The notes: a model not told the origin generated them from the sequence alone. 64,000 nt of DNA from Nitrososphaerota archaeon (GCA_021324115.1 JAJPJS010000025.1:200343-264342); one strand, 5' to 3'; positions 1 to 9,172 are shown, numbered from the stretch's first letter. Program-made: numbers and translations.

Positions 1-477
1 AAGACGCCTCCTAAGTCTCCAGGCCGACATGTCAGGCCGGAGAGGCAGAAGAAGGACGTTGTTTTCTCCGGGGACGTTAGACCTGTCCACCCCTGCATTC
101 GCGCACACTATCCCGGATCTGGTTTCGGTGATAAGGATTCCAAGCCTTGCCTTTACAACCCTTCTGCTCTCGCCAAGAATTACCTCAACTTCGCGAGGGT
201 CCTTCCCTATCTCCCTTCCCAGTTGCATCGAAAAGCGAGAGGGAACGACCTTTTCTAGGTTCACCATCCGCCCTTCAGCCTTCGAAACCACCTTCTGAGC
301 TATGACATAGATATCACCATCTTCAGCTCGTATACGACTCTTTGATTGGGCCTGCCATATCAATCCAGCAAGGTCTTCTCCCCTCTTCACCTCACCGATG
401 CCCCTGATGCCTACGAGCTGGATGGATAGTATATCGCTATCAACAGATGCGGAGGTCTCATGGGCCTTTGTGTTCAT
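1..477 (-). CDS. cofE: Coenzyme F420:L-glutamate ligase (CofE), N-terminal part; the gene runs off the left edge of the window
   Basis: Hand translation of the minus strand from ATG at 477..475 gives MNTKAHETSASVDSDILSIQLVGIRGIGEVKRGEDLAGLIW...DGDIYVIAQKVVSKAEGRMVNLEKV...ITETRSGIVCANAGVDRSNVPGENNVLLLPLRPDMSAWRLRRRL. This matches CofE hallmarks (VISKAEGR, VCxNAGxDxSN, LLLPxDPDxSA). It is absent from the ORF track because no stop codon lies inside the window. Confidence 0.7.
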   Translation of the reverse strand, partial: MNTKAHETSASVDSDILSIQLVGIRGIGEVKRGEDLAGLIWQAQSKSRIRAEDGDIYVIAQKVVSKAEGRMVNLEKVVPSRFSMQLGREIGKDPREVEVILGESRRVVKARLGILITETRSGIVCANAGVDRSNVPGENNVLLLPLRPDMSAWRLRRRL

Positions 478-525
478 GCGGACGGCCACATCCAATGTGG
501 GCTTTAAACTTCCCCGATTTGAAAT

Positions 526-1992
526 CTATTCCCGCAAAGACTCTTCGCGAGACACCAACTTTTCGGCCAGGCTCTTGAAGGAAGGAGTTATCTCACCAGG
601 GTCGAGTGGTATTCCTGTGTCGCCAGAAGCCGTCAGCGATGGCATCAGGGGAACTTCACCAAGGAATTCGACGCCCAGTTCGCCCGCCAGCTTCTTTCCA
701 CCTCCTTCACCAAAGATATTAGATCTCTGACCACAGTGGGGGCATTGGAAATAGCTCATATTTTCCACCACCCCGATTATCGGAATCTCCAGCTTCTTGA
801 ACATGTAATACGACTTCGCAGCAACCCTTGAAGCCGCCTCCTGAGGTGTGGTCACCAAGATCACACCACTCACTGGCAGGGTCTGGGCGAGGGTAAGCGG
901 CGCATCCCCGGTGTTGTGGACAATGAATCCCTCTGCCACAAAATTATGGTAGTTTGAGACCGTAACATCGTAGGTCTCCTTCGGGCCAACAGTTTCGACA
1001 GATTCCACTTCAAAATCCTGCATAACGACACATTCTGAAACAATGGTCTGTCCCGTCATTCCACTATCCAAGCTTCTGGTCGATACCCCGACAAGTCTTT
1101 CACCTTTGATAACTTGGTCCAGTCTTTTCCACCCGAACTTCTCGCCCTCCCTGATTAGGAAAGGATGGTTCCCGGTGGCCGTAACGCTTCTTCCTCCTGC
1201 CTTCAGTTGGTACGCATTCAGCCTCCCTTGAGAAATTACGCCCTCCACCTCTTCGGCAACGAATTCCTTTCCATCGAAGCTTACTACCCTTGAACCTTGG
1301 GACAGTCGCTCAACCGGGATAAATTTCCCATCTGAGGCAAGTACCCGTGTTCCCTCGGCAACGCATCCTGGGGGAAGGTCCACGACAAGAAAGTCAAGTT
1401 CCCCCCATTCAGTAAGCTCAATGAAATCACGCACGGCCTTTCCGACGAGTGGTCCTCGCCAGATGACCGGATTCTCCGTCTGAGTAAAGTAACCCATGGA
1501 CATCATTTTGACCCCCCTAACCGTCGGGGGGATAATGCGGTTATCGTGTGATGCCATCGGTTCGCTTGACTTTAGCATGAGATGGGCGCTCGCACCGTAT
1601 ATGTCCGCATCGAGCAGTCCCACCTTTTTCCCCCTTTCGGCCAGTGCAAGTGCTGTGTAGATCGCGACAGTGCTCTTCCCCACGCCACCTTTGCCACTGG
1701 CCACAGCCACCACGTTCTTTATCTTCTCAAGACCCGTGAGTTTGAACTGTCCCTGAGGAGCCACAGTAAAGTCCACCGAGACCTTCGCGCCCTTACCGCC
1801 AAGTGCACCGGATACTTCCCTTCTGAAGAGGTCGATTCTCTCGGGGGTTGGATTGCGAGGTACGAGCAGCACCTCTACCGACTCGTCTGAGAGTTTCACC
1901 TGCTTCACAAAGCCTGAGGAAACCAGGTCTCTCCCCGTCTCCGGGTCTCGAATCATCGACAGCGCTTTCAGAACTTCCTCTCTGGTCACCAT
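526..1992 (-). CDS. Mrp/NBP35 (ApbC-type) Fe-S cluster carrier P-loop ATPase, interrupted by a mini-intein
   Basis: ORF 526..2133. It has an N-terminal DUF59-like MVTREEVLKALSMIRDPETGRDLV, a deviant Walker A VASGKGGVGKST, LLDADIYG and a C-terminal CPHCG. The family motif DLPPGTGD is split by the insert. Start set at ATG 1992, because the 47 upstream codons show no family resemblance. Confidence 0.9.
   Translation of the reverse strand: MVTREEVLKALSMIRDPETGRDLVSSGFVKQVKLSDESVEVLLVPRNPTPERIDLFRREVSGALGGKGAKVSVDFTVAPQGQFKLTGLEKIKNVVAVASGKGGVGKSTVAIYTALALAERGKKVGLLDADIYGASAHLMLKSSEPMASHDNRIIPPTVRGVKMMSMGYFTQTENPVIWRGPLVGKAVRDFIELTEWGELDFLVVDLPPGCVAEGTRVLASDGKFIPVERLSQGSRVVSFDGKEFVAEEVEGVISQGRLNAYQLKAGGRSVTATGNHPFLIREGEKFGWKRLDQVIKGERLVGVSTRSLDSGMTGQTIVSECVVMQDFEVESVETVGPKETYDVTVSNYHNFVAEGFIVHNTGDAPLTLAQTLPVSGVILVTTPQEAASRVAAKSYYMFKKLEIPIIGVVENMSYFQCPHCGQRSNIFGEGGGKKLAGELGVEFLGEVPLMPSLTASGDTGIPLDPGEITPSFKSLAEKLVSREESLRE
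913..1365 (-). mobile_element. Mini-intein (151 aa, no homing endonuclease domain) inside the Mrp/NBP35 gene
   Basis: Residues 257-407 of the 535-aa ORF. Begins CVAEGTRVLASDG (block A). Contains TATGNHPFLI (block B, TxxH). Has TYDVTVSNYHNFVAEG (block F). Ends FIVHN followed by Thr. Codons checked: TGC at 1365..1363, AAC at 915..913. Removing it restores VVDLPPG-TGDAPLTLAQ. Confidence 0.85.
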
Positions 1993-2120
1993 GGAAATCG
2001 CCGAGCTGGAATCAGGGATGAGTTGAATAAAAACCTGTATGAGAATTATACGTCTGTCCCAAGGTTTCAGATTATCTATCTGTGCTACTCTTAATAAAAC
2101 ACCCGACGCGGGAGCCAACT

Positions 2121-3014
2121 GTGAAGCTTGCAAGATACCTCCAGGAAAACAGGGTGGACTACGGCTTCATCGTGGGGGGAGCCATAATTCCCCACGGAGA
2201 TGTGGCTCCTACCCTTCCATCGACCCTCGACGAGCTTGTAAAATCGGGTCTGCTTGCCTCCCCCGAAGCCCTACTCGAAATAAGCAGTCTGATCCCTCCT
2301 GTCAGGAAGGGCATCTCTCTGAAGAAGGTCAAACTCCTGAATCCTCTTGATCGCCCTGGTAAGGTCATCTGTCTCGGCCGGAACTACCCAGAACCTGCGA
2401 TAGAGGGAGGCTACAAGCCACCGAAGGGATTGGCATTTGTCCTGAAGCCAAATACGTCTCTTGCTGGACCATACGACCAGATAATTCTGCCTAATAACGT
2501 CAAGATGCTGGACTACGAGGGGGAACTTGTCGTCGTTGTAGGCAGGACTTCGAAGTGGGCAACAAATGACGACGTTCCAAAAATGGTGCTGGGATACATG
2601 ATAGCGAACGATGTGAGCGCAAGGGACATTCAAATTGCCGATCGCCAATGGACGAGGGGGAAGTCTTACGACACATTCGCACCAATGGGCCCCTGGATCA
2701 CGACAAAGGAGGAACTACCTATACCTCTTTCGCTCTACATAAGGACGTGGGTGAATGAAGAGCTCCGGCAGGACGGAAACACAGCTAGCATGTTCAGGAA
2801 GGTCGAAGAGGTGGTTTCGGAACTTACACAGGGGATGACGCTCGAGGCGGGCGACCTGATCCTCACCGGAACACCCGCAGGCGTAGGATTTTACACCAGA
2901 CCGGAACCCCGGTTGCTTTCAGCCGGGGATAAGGTTCGGGTGGAGATCGAAAGACTCGGTTATATTGAGAACGAAATAAAGGCTTCAACAGTTGATATTA
3001 CAAAGTATCGTTGA
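2121..3014 (+). CDS. Fumarylacetoacetate hydrolase (FAH) family protein (2-keto-4-pentenoate hydratase / oxaloacetate decarboxylase-like)
   Basis: ORF 2082..3014. FAH-family core KVICLGRNYPEP...VLKPNTSLAGP...LDYEGELVVVVGR...GYMIANDVSARD...GKSYDTFAPMGPWI...LTGTPAGVG. A GTG at 2121 (VKLARY...) fits the usual MKLxRF N-terminus better than ATG 2082. Confidence 0.8.
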   Translation: MKLARYLQENRVDYGFIVGGAIIPHGDVAPTLPSTLDELVKSGLLASPEALLEISSLIPPVRKGISLKKVKLLNPLDRPGKVICLGRNYPEPAIEGGYKPPKGLAFVLKPNTSLAGPYDQIILPNNVKMLDYEGELVVVVGRTSKWATNDDVPKMVLGYMIANDVSARDIQIADRQWTRGKSYDTFAPMGPWITTKEELPIPLSLYIRTWVNEELRQDGNTASMFRKVEEVVSELTQGMTLEAGDLILTGTPAGVGFYTRPEPRLLSAGDKVRVEIERLGYIENEIKASTVDITKYR

Positions 3015-3091
3015 ATCCATATATCATTGGCTCACTGTCTACTTTCGAAAGCTAATAAGCACCAACCGGCTGCCGATAATGGCAGGAGCCA

Positions 3092-3835
3092 ATGGCAGTG
3101 ACTTCTCGACTTCGGCAGCTTTTGAACTCCGAAAAGGCGGTGCTGGTGGTGGAGCTACCCAGCAACAGTACAGAACTAGCGGAGGGAGCAGTGGCCGGGG
3201 GAGCCGATTCGATTCTTGTCCAGCTGAACAATGAGCATCCCGTAACTCACTCCTACACCGGAGGGCTGGATCTTGAAACAGCCCAGATAAGGGAGATGTG
3301 CCAGTCTTCAAAGGTACCCGTCGGCCTTCACATAGGGACCCAGGGGCGACTGTCAAAGGAGGACTGGATAAAAGCCACCCAGCTTGGGCTAGACTACATA
3401 GCGACAAGCATTCTGACCATCCCGCCATACATGCTTGCCGATGATTCGGTGGAAAAGATGCTGTACGTACCAACGGGTTTGACTCTGGAGCATTATCGTT
3501 CGCTTGGGACATTCGAGCACGTGGTCGCAATTTCACTGGAGGCCCTGTCACAGGTCCAGCCGGACCCCCAGCTTCGGTTCAGCATAGTCGACTTCCTGAA
3601 CCTGGAGACGGTTCTGCGTCTGTCAGGGGTACCTGTTCTTTTCAGGGCCTCTCAGGACCTGGAGCAGGAAGATGTAGCCCTCATGATATCCAAGGGGTGT
3701 AGCGGGCTCGTCCTTGACCCTGCCTTCACAGGCTCTACACCGGAACATTTCAGGACCGTGGTATCATTCTTCTCGTCTGCAATTTCCAATTCGAGGAAAA
3801 AGTCCAAATTCATTGGATACAGCCCCTGGGGCTGA
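3092..3835 (+). CDS. Hypothetical protein, alternating beta/alpha pattern suggesting a TIM-barrel-like fold; function unknown
   Basis: 247-aa ORF with an ATG start and no long overlap. I recognise no diagnostic motif. It is the first gene of a same-strand run of sugar-nucleotide genes. Confidence 0.5.
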   Translation: MAVTSRLRQLLNSEKAVLVVELPSNSTELAEGAVAGGADSILVQLNNEHPVTHSYTGGLDLETAQIREMCQSSKVPVGLHIGTQGRLSKEDWIKATQLGLDYIATSILTIPPYMLADDSVEKMLYVPTGLTLEHYRSLGTFEHVVAISLEALSQVQPDPQLRFSIVDFLNLETVLRLSGVPVLFRASQDLEQEDVALMISKGCSGLVLDPAFTGSTPEHFRTVVSFFSSAISNSRKKSKFIGYSPWG

Positions 3836-3841
3836 AAGAAG

Positions 3842-4546
3842 ATGAAAGCGGTCATACTAGCGGGCGGACTTGGCACCAGGCTCAGACCTTACACTCTGTT
3901 CGTTCCGAAGCCTTTGCTCCCTCTTGGGGATAGACCACTGCTGGAGCATATACTACTCTCGCTGAAGAAGTATGGTTTTTCAGAGGTGGTCATAACTGTG
4001 AGTTACCTGAGCAAGCTTATCGAAAACTACTTTGGTTCTGGCGAGGACCTGGGTGTCAGCATCGAATATGTCAGGTCGAACAAACCGATGGGGACAGGCG
4101 GTCAGCTCAGAACCACAGAGGCAAGGCTCGACGGGACATTTCTGCTGCTGTATGGAGACCAGTTCATAGATACGGACCTGAGCAAATTTGTAGATTATCA
4201 CAGGTCAAAGGCCGGTTCAGCCACCATGCTGCTCATGCCTTACCGACAGACATTGAAATATGGATTCATAGACTCCGACGAAAATGGCAGGCTGACGAAC
4301 TGGCGGGAGAAACCCGCGGTTGAAGGCTGGATCAATGCTGGTTGTTATGTGATGGAGAAGAAATTCCTGGAGTACATACCACCAAACACCATGTACGGTA
4401 TGGACGAAGCATTTAGGGAAGCACTCAGACGCGGCGAACCGATATACACATTCAAGGCCGAAGGAGATTTCATCGATATTGGTGATAAAGAAGGGTATCT
4501 CTCCGCTCATGAAAGGTACCTCCAGAAGATCGGACGAATAAAGTAA
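3842..4546 (+). CDS. Sugar-phosphate nucleotidyltransferase (glucose/mannose-1-phosphate NTP transferase family)
   Basis: N-terminal signature MKAVILAGGLGTRLRPYTLFVPKPLLPLGDRPLLEH, typical of the NTP_transferase family. Also YGDQF and EKP motifs. Confidence 0.85.
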   Translation: MKAVILAGGLGTRLRPYTLFVPKPLLPLGDRPLLEHILLSLKKYGFSEVVITVSYLSKLIENYFGSGEDLGVSIEYVRSNKPMGTGGQLRTTEARLDGTFLLLYGDQFIDTDLSKFVDYHRSKAGSATMLLMPYRQTLKYGFIDSDENGRLTNWREKPAVEGWINAGCYVMEKKFLEYIPPNTMYGMDEAFREALRRGEPIYTFKAEGDFIDIGDKEGYLSAHERYLQKIGRIK

Positions 4547-4645
4547 GCAGATGCACCCATGATTCTTTGATACTGTGTTGCGGACCGGAACCAATCCAGG
4601 GAAAACCCATAAACGGCAGCCAGTCCTGAAGAGCAGTGTCGTAGA

Positions 4646-5800
4646 ATGCCTGAACTGGTCGTCTTCCAAACGGAGCGGGACACCCTGTATCCGCTGTCTC
4701 TGTCGAGACCCGCGCATTCACTCATATACTCCTACAGGCCAATACTTTCTCACCTGAAAAGAGGACTGGGGATATCCCCATCCTGCTTCATTTTGCCCCA
4801 GCGCCTGAAGGGCTACATGGAGTCCAGGGAAGTCAATTCAAAGGTCAACGATTCCTCTACAATCCGAGATTCGCTATTTGTCAATGGCTGCGTCAGACCC
4901 TCGATCGAAGTCCTGAAGTCGATTGCGGATCTGGCTCCAGGCACGGCGCTGGTGTCCGATAACAGGATCGTTGCTGCGAGACTTGACTCACATCCATGTG
5001 ATACCCCCCCTTTGATCGGTGAGCTCGAAAAGCAAAATGTGAAGATGATTTCTGCACCTCAGAGTTCACTTCTTACACCTTGGCTGTTAATCGCCTCAAT
5101 GGAAGCCAAACTCGAGGGCAGGGGTGTGGTAAAGGGGGACGGTGTCTCGGTCGAACCTCCGGTCTATTTCGATACCACCGCCGGGCCTGTCCTGGTCGCC
5201 GAGGGTGCAATTCTCGAGGCATTTACAAGGATTCAGGGACCTGCGATAATCGGAAGGAACTGCGTCATCCACTCAGCAAGGATAAACGGGCATACGTACA
5301 TAGGCGAGATGAGCAAGATAGGGGGAGAAGTAGAGGCGAGTATTGTCTCAGCTTACACCAACAAAGCACACTTTGGATACCTCGGTCATTCATATGTGGG
5401 AGAATGGGTCAACGTGGGTGCAGGTGCCGTTACCAGCGACCTGAAAAATACGTACGGACCAATCAGGGTCAATTCAGATGGAAGAAGGGTTGACACAGGC
5501 ATGACAAAGCTGGGTGCGGTATTGTGCGACTACTCAAAGGTTGCCATCGGCGCCCTGATCTATGCAGGAAAGAATGTGGGCACTGCTTCCCATGTTTACG
5601 GACTTGTCGATGAAGACGTTCCGCCCTTTGTAAGTTATAACAATCGTGACACCTCGACCGTAAAGGAGCTGAATCTGGATTCTGTTGTAGAAACTGCCAA
5701 ACGAATGAAAGCTCGAAGAGGGCTCCTTCTTTCCAAAGACGAAGAGTTTTTGATAAGGAGCTGCTTTGAAGAAACCGCGAAGGAGCGGCTGAATCCTTAA
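4646..5800 (+). CDS. Putative sugar nucleotidyltransferase with a C-terminal left-handed beta-helix (GlmU-like hexapeptide repeat) domain
   Basis: The N-terminus LVVFQTERDTLYPLSLSRPAHSLIY resembles the alternative GlmU-like family. The C-terminal part has hexapeptide repeats (IIGRNCVIHSARINGHTYIGEMSKIGGEVEASIV...VGEWVNVGAGAVTSDLKN). Confidence 0.65.
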   Translation: MPELVVFQTERDTLYPLSLSRPAHSLIYSYRPILSHLKRGLGISPSCFILPQRLKGYMESREVNSKVNDSSTIRDSLFVNGCVRPSIEVLKSIADLAPGTALVSDNRIVAARLDSHPCDTPPLIGELEKQNVKMISAPQSSLLTPWLLIASMEAKLEGRGVVKGDGVSVEPPVYFDTTAGPVLVAEGAILEAFTRIQGPAIIGRNCVIHSARINGHTYIGEMSKIGGEVEASIVSAYTNKAHFGYLGHSYVGEWVNVGAGAVTSDLKNTYGPIRVNSDGRRVDTGMTKLGAVLCDYSKVAIGALIYAGKNVGTASHVYGLVDEDVPPFVSYNNRDTSTVKELNLDSVVETAKRMKARRGLLLSKDEEFLIRSCFEETAKERLNP

Positions 5801-5803
5801 TTG

Positions 5804-6436
5804 ATGGATATAATTCAATTTTCAGACATTCATGGAAGTAGCGACCTCCTGAGCGCGATGGAGAAGCTTGTCCACGGAATCGACCTGGTCATTGTATCGG
5901 GTGATGTTACATCGTTCGGGCAGAAAAACTATTTCGATGAGTTCATGAAAACACTTGCAGCAACTGGCGTGAGATCGCTTTACGTGCCTGGAAACAACGA
6001 CCTTCCAGGCTTCAGACTTCCCAGAGGCGTAGAGTCCATAGACGGCAAGAAGCTGGAAATCGACGGGTTATTTATTGGAGGAGTCGGAGGGTCCCCCCCG
6101 ACTCCTTTCAACACCCCGAACGAAATCCCCGAAGAAGAACTAGCAAGAAGGCTGAGCAACCTTGGCAGCGTCGACATCCTTGTTTCACATTCTCCGCCTT
6201 ACGGTACACCTTCTGACCAGCTGAAAAATGGGGGTCACGTTGGCAGCAGGTCAGTAGGTGAATACATACTGAAAAACGGACCCAGGCTTGTGCTGTGCGG
6301 GCATGTACACGAAGCCGTATCGAAGTTTCAACTGGGTAAGAGCCAGGTAGTTAATCCAGGCTCGGCATACGAAAGAAGATACTCAAGGATAAGGCTCGAA
6401 GACGAGGGGGTTAGGGTAAGTTTGCTAGTTTTCTGA
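5804..6436 (+). CDS. Metallophosphoesterase (calcineurin-like phosphoesterase)
   Basis: Motifs SDIHG, SGDVT, VPGNND, VSHSPPYG and CGHVHE in canonical order. ATG 5804 lies directly after the upstream TAA; the ORF track starts at TTG 5801. Confidence 0.8.
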   Translation: MDIIQFSDIHGSSDLLSAMEKLVHGIDLVIVSGDVTSFGQKNYFDEFMKTLAATGVRSLYVPGNNDLPGFRLPRGVESIDGKKLEIDGLFIGGVGGSPPTPFNTPNEIPEEELARRLSNLGSVDILVSHSPPYGTPSDQLKNGGHVGSRSVGEYILKNGPRLVLCGHVHEAVSKFQLGKSQVVNPGSAYERRYSRIRLEDEGVRVSLLVF

Positions 6437-6482
6437 GCGAATCCTTTACGAGGAAACATTAAATTGTGTCGCATCGAAGGCA

Positions 6483-7526
6483 ATGCCGATTCACGTCTTG
6501 TCTTCCCAGCCTATCGACCAGAGATATGACGGTTCTGGACTGCTGTCGGAATATCAGAACTGGGCAGACGATGGACTGCGTGCCCTGGAGAAAGAAATCG
6601 ACGTCAGCATCAAAAAGTGCAGCGGAGAGATATACTACGCAGCGATGGGGGCATCCGCGGCGCCGGGCGAGGTGCTTTCTGACTATCTGAAGAATGAAGG
6701 TGTGAGGGTTAACGTCATATCCAGTCACGTTTTGCCTGAAAACGTAACCCCCGCAGACGCTTTGATGGCAGTCAGCCTTTCGGGTGGAACCGAGGAAACC
6801 CTCTCGGTGGTGGAGAAGGCGATATCCCAGCGGATTCCGGTGATAGGGCTTTCCGCCGGAGGGAAGCTGAAAGAACTCTGCATCAGCAAGGGGTTGCCTC
6901 ATATTCAGCTTGAAAGAAACCTTACGAGCAGATCTAGTTTCCCGCTGATACTTGGAGGAGCATGCAGGGTGATTTCTTGTCTGCTTGACAACGAAAAGGC
7001 TGTAGAAAATGCAACGGCTTCGTGGAAAAATCTGAAAGCCCTAAGTCAGTCTCTACTTGATGATTCACAGGAAAGCGGCCCCGCAATGTTTGCTCGCTGG
7101 CTATTCAACGCACCTCATATCGAGATCTACTATTCGCCATTTGCACCCTGTATCGGAAGGAGAATGAAGAATATGCTGAGTGAAAACGCAAAAACGAGGA
7201 GCTCGTCCTCCGACATACTTGAAGTACAGCATGACGGCATAACCGCCTGGGAAGGAGATTTCGGGACAAAACTTGTCCTCGCAAGGAGCCCCTACGACGA
7301 TGTTTTTGTGTCAAGAAGGTTCACCGCAGTTTCGGACGTAGTCAGGTCCCTTGGGTTTGAAGTGAAGGAGCTGCCGACCGCACAGGCTGGGTTCGATTAC
7401 TTCATAGATTCATTCTTCTACATCGACCTTGCTTCCATATATCTGGCTCTTCTGAAAAGGGTTGACCCCGCTGTAACAAGAAGTCAGCGACTTGTTCGAG
7501 CGAGGTTGGATAACGCCCCGGCGTGA
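6483..7526 (+). CDS. Bifunctional phosphoglucose/phosphomannose isomerase (SIS-domain archaeal PGI/PMI)
   Basis: SIS-domain pattern AVSLSGGTEETLSVVEKAISQRIPVIGLSAGGKL. The C-terminal part has EVQHDGITAWEG, resembling the PGI/PMI E-x-N/H-H-N-x-I-x-G-W region. Confidence 0.7.
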   Translation: MPIHVLSSQPIDQRYDGSGLLSEYQNWADDGLRALEKEIDVSIKKCSGEIYYAAMGASAAPGEVLSDYLKNEGVRVNVISSHVLPENVTPADALMAVSLSGGTEETLSVVEKAISQRIPVIGLSAGGKLKELCISKGLPHIQLERNLTSRSSFPLILGGACRVISCLLDNEKAVENATASWKNLKALSQSLLDDSQESGPAMFARWLFNAPHIEIYYSPFAPCIGRRMKNMLSENAKTRSSSSDILEVQHDGITAWEGDFGTKLVLARSPYDDVFVSRRFTAVSDVVRSLGFEVKELPTAQAGFDYFIDSFFYIDLASIYLALLKRVDPAVTRSQRLVRARLDNAPA

Positions 7527-7577
7527 AGTGTGCGTAATGTTTAATTGAGTTTGTGGGCAGGTTACAGCGAGATTCAT

Positions 7578-7853
7578 TTGTCAAAAAAGAGAAAGAGCAG
7601 GGGAAGGTCCAAGGGCGGGAAGGGCTCAAGCGGCTTCGTACAGTGCAGTCAGTGTGGCCGACCAGTTCCAAGAGACAAGGCAAAGAAGGTCACACAACGT
7701 GTAACCCTTGTTGAACCGACCCTTGCAAGGGAGCTCCGAGGCACTGGCGCTTACGTCCCCAGCTCCACCGTTCAGAAGTACTACTGCATTTCCTGTGCAG
7801 TGCACTTCGGAGTTGTAAAGGTGAGGGCCAGGGCCGAAAGGCGGTTCAGGTAG
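7578..7853 (+). CDS. rps26e: 30S ribosomal protein S26e
   Basis: SKKRKSRGRSKGGKGSSGFVQCSQCGRPVPRDKAKK...YYCISCAVHFGVVKVRARAERR matches the S26e pattern (basic N-terminus, CxxC ... CxxCA). TTG at 7578 gives the usual M-SKKR start. The ORF-track start 7545 sits inside the putative TATA element (aatgtttaattg, 7536..7547). Confidence 0.85.
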   Translation: MSKKRKSRGRSKGGKGSSGFVQCSQCGRPVPRDKAKKVTQRVTLVEPTLARELRGTGAYVPSSTVQKYYCISCAVHFGVVKVRARAERRFR

Positions 7854-7862
7854 AACCTTTAC

Positions 7863-8165
7863 TTGGCGTACGAAAGGCTCTTCGAGAAGCTCACCAAGGA
7901 AAACCTTTGGGTATACATACTCACCATGCTCAAGGAGCACTCGGATTATGCCCTAAGCCTGAGGCGGAGAATCAGAGATAGGTTCGGCTTTCTTCCCGCC
8001 AAGATCACGTTCTATATTGTTCTGTACAGGTTGGAAAAGGAGGGACTCGTCGAATCTACGAAGGTGCAGGGCAGGCGAATCTACAGCATCACCGAAGCGG
8101 GAAAGGAGGCGCTCGGGAGGGCAATCACGCTCCTAGAGAGGACGCTCGATTCATTCAAGTCTTGA
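7863..8165 (+). CDS. PadR-family winged-helix transcriptional regulator
   Basis: 100 aa with TTG start. LWVYILTMLKEHSDYALSLRRRIRDRFGFLPAKITFYIVLYRLEKEGLVES...YSITEAGKEAL is the PadR wHTH pattern. It starts 10 nt after the S26e stop. Confidence 0.65.
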   Translation: MAYERLFEKLTKENLWVYILTMLKEHSDYALSLRRRIRDRFGFLPAKITFYIVLYRLEKEGLVESTKVQGRRIYSITEAGKEALGRAITLLERTLDSFKS

Positions 8166-8717
8166 GCCATACACGTAAATTCTCTGAAGGAACGTCAGGA
8201 TGGCAACCACGGCGACGAGGCCGACTGCATAATACAGATATGGCCCGCCGATGAAGCCTCCTACGGAAAGGATCAGCAGCCTTTCGGCCCTTTCCCCGAC
8301 CCCCACCCCTTCTGCTTTCAATCCGGCAGCCTCCGCCCTTGACCTCGAATAGCTGACGAGCAGGGAAGAAGCGAGGGCAAGGCCAGAAAGGAAGGAATAG
8401 AACCCCTGGGTGAACATAAGGCCGAGGTAAAGTGCAGATTCGCCGACGCGGTCCATATTTGAATCCAAGAAGCCGCCTCTCTTTGAAACCTTTCCCGTGG
8501 CTCTAGCAACCGCGCCATCAACAACATCCATGAAGCCTGAGGCAAGAACCAGCAGCGCGCCCGGCCTCGACTGATGCACCGAAAAGAAAAACGCCGCAAA
8601 AAGAGAGAACAGTAGACCAAGCAGTGTCCAGAAGTTCGGACTGGGCACAACACCACCGAATACTGTACCCATTTTTGCCACGAATGGTGATATGGCCTGC
8701 CTTAGTCTTGTAAGCAA
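8151..8717 (-). CDS. CDP-alcohol phosphatidyltransferase (archaetidylinositol-phosphate / archaetidylserine synthase-like)
   Basis: Motif DVVDGAVARATGKVSKRGGFLDSNMDRVGE equals D-x2-D-G-x2-A-R...G-x3-D-x3-D. It is a multi-TM protein with a TTG start at 8717. Confidence 0.85.
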   Translation of the reverse strand: MLTRLRQAISPFVAKMGTVFGGVVPSPNFWTLLGLLFSLFAAFFFSVHQSRPGALLVLASGFMDVVDGAVARATGKVSKRGGFLDSNMDRVGESALYLGLMFTQGFYSFLSGLALASSLLVSYSRSRAEAAGLKAEGVGVGERAERLLILSVGGFIGGPYLYYAVGLVAVVAILTFLQRIYVYGSRLE

Positions 8718-8962
8718 TTACTCTGGGCTGGCTTTATGGGCTGAATAAACCTTCTTGCGCAGCGGTTTAACGTGGGCTCGGGGTATCTTCCGGTCGGCAC
8801 CCGAGCTGCCCGATCTTTTCCAGATACGAGTTGGCCGATATTTCGGAGTTCCTCACTAGGAAGGTAGCTCCCACTGGTAGGATAATTCTGAAAAAGTCCT
8901 CTTCAGGTTAAGTTTATCAGATTGCCTCATGGGGGTAGTAGGATAAAGCGGGGGTTATTTAG

Positions 8963-9172
8963 ATGGGTGGGGGAGAACCGTGCTCTGTGGAAGGTTGTTC
9001 GTCCGAAGCCATAAGGTCTCTCAGCCCAAAAAGGCTCTCCGGCACCTCCCTCAGGCTCAAAACCGGCTCACGAAAGGCGGCGCTTTGCAAAGAGCATTAC
9101 AAACAGTTTAAGAAAGAAACCAAAGAACAGAGAAAGATTGAGAGAGATCGGTTCAGGACCTGGTCCAAATAG
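8963..9172 (+). CDS. Small basic putative zinc-binding protein (C-x4-C ... C-x2-H), unknown function
   Basis: 69-aa ORF with ATG start: CSVEGC...LCKEHYKQFKKETKEQRKIERDRF. Its stop TAG (9170..9172) abuts or overlaps the thrS start region. Confidence 0.45.
   Translation: MGGGEPCSVEGCSSEAIRSLSPKRLSGTSLRLKTGSRKAALCKEHYKQFKKETKEQRKIERDRFRTWSK

Noticed and set aside
29-730. Plus-strand ORFs 29..298 and 398..730 at the left edge
   Set aside because: Both are antisense shadows of the minus-strand cofE (1..477) and Mrp/NBP35 (526..1992) genes, which have clear family motifs.
8776-8806. Hairpin GCTCGGG-N17-CCCGAGC followed by CTTTT in the 245-bp divergent spacer before the small zinc protein
   Set aside because: It is a 7-bp stem with a large loop. 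No upstream plus-strand gene is there to terminate, and no box motifs are present. It is noted as structure only, not called as an RNA gene.
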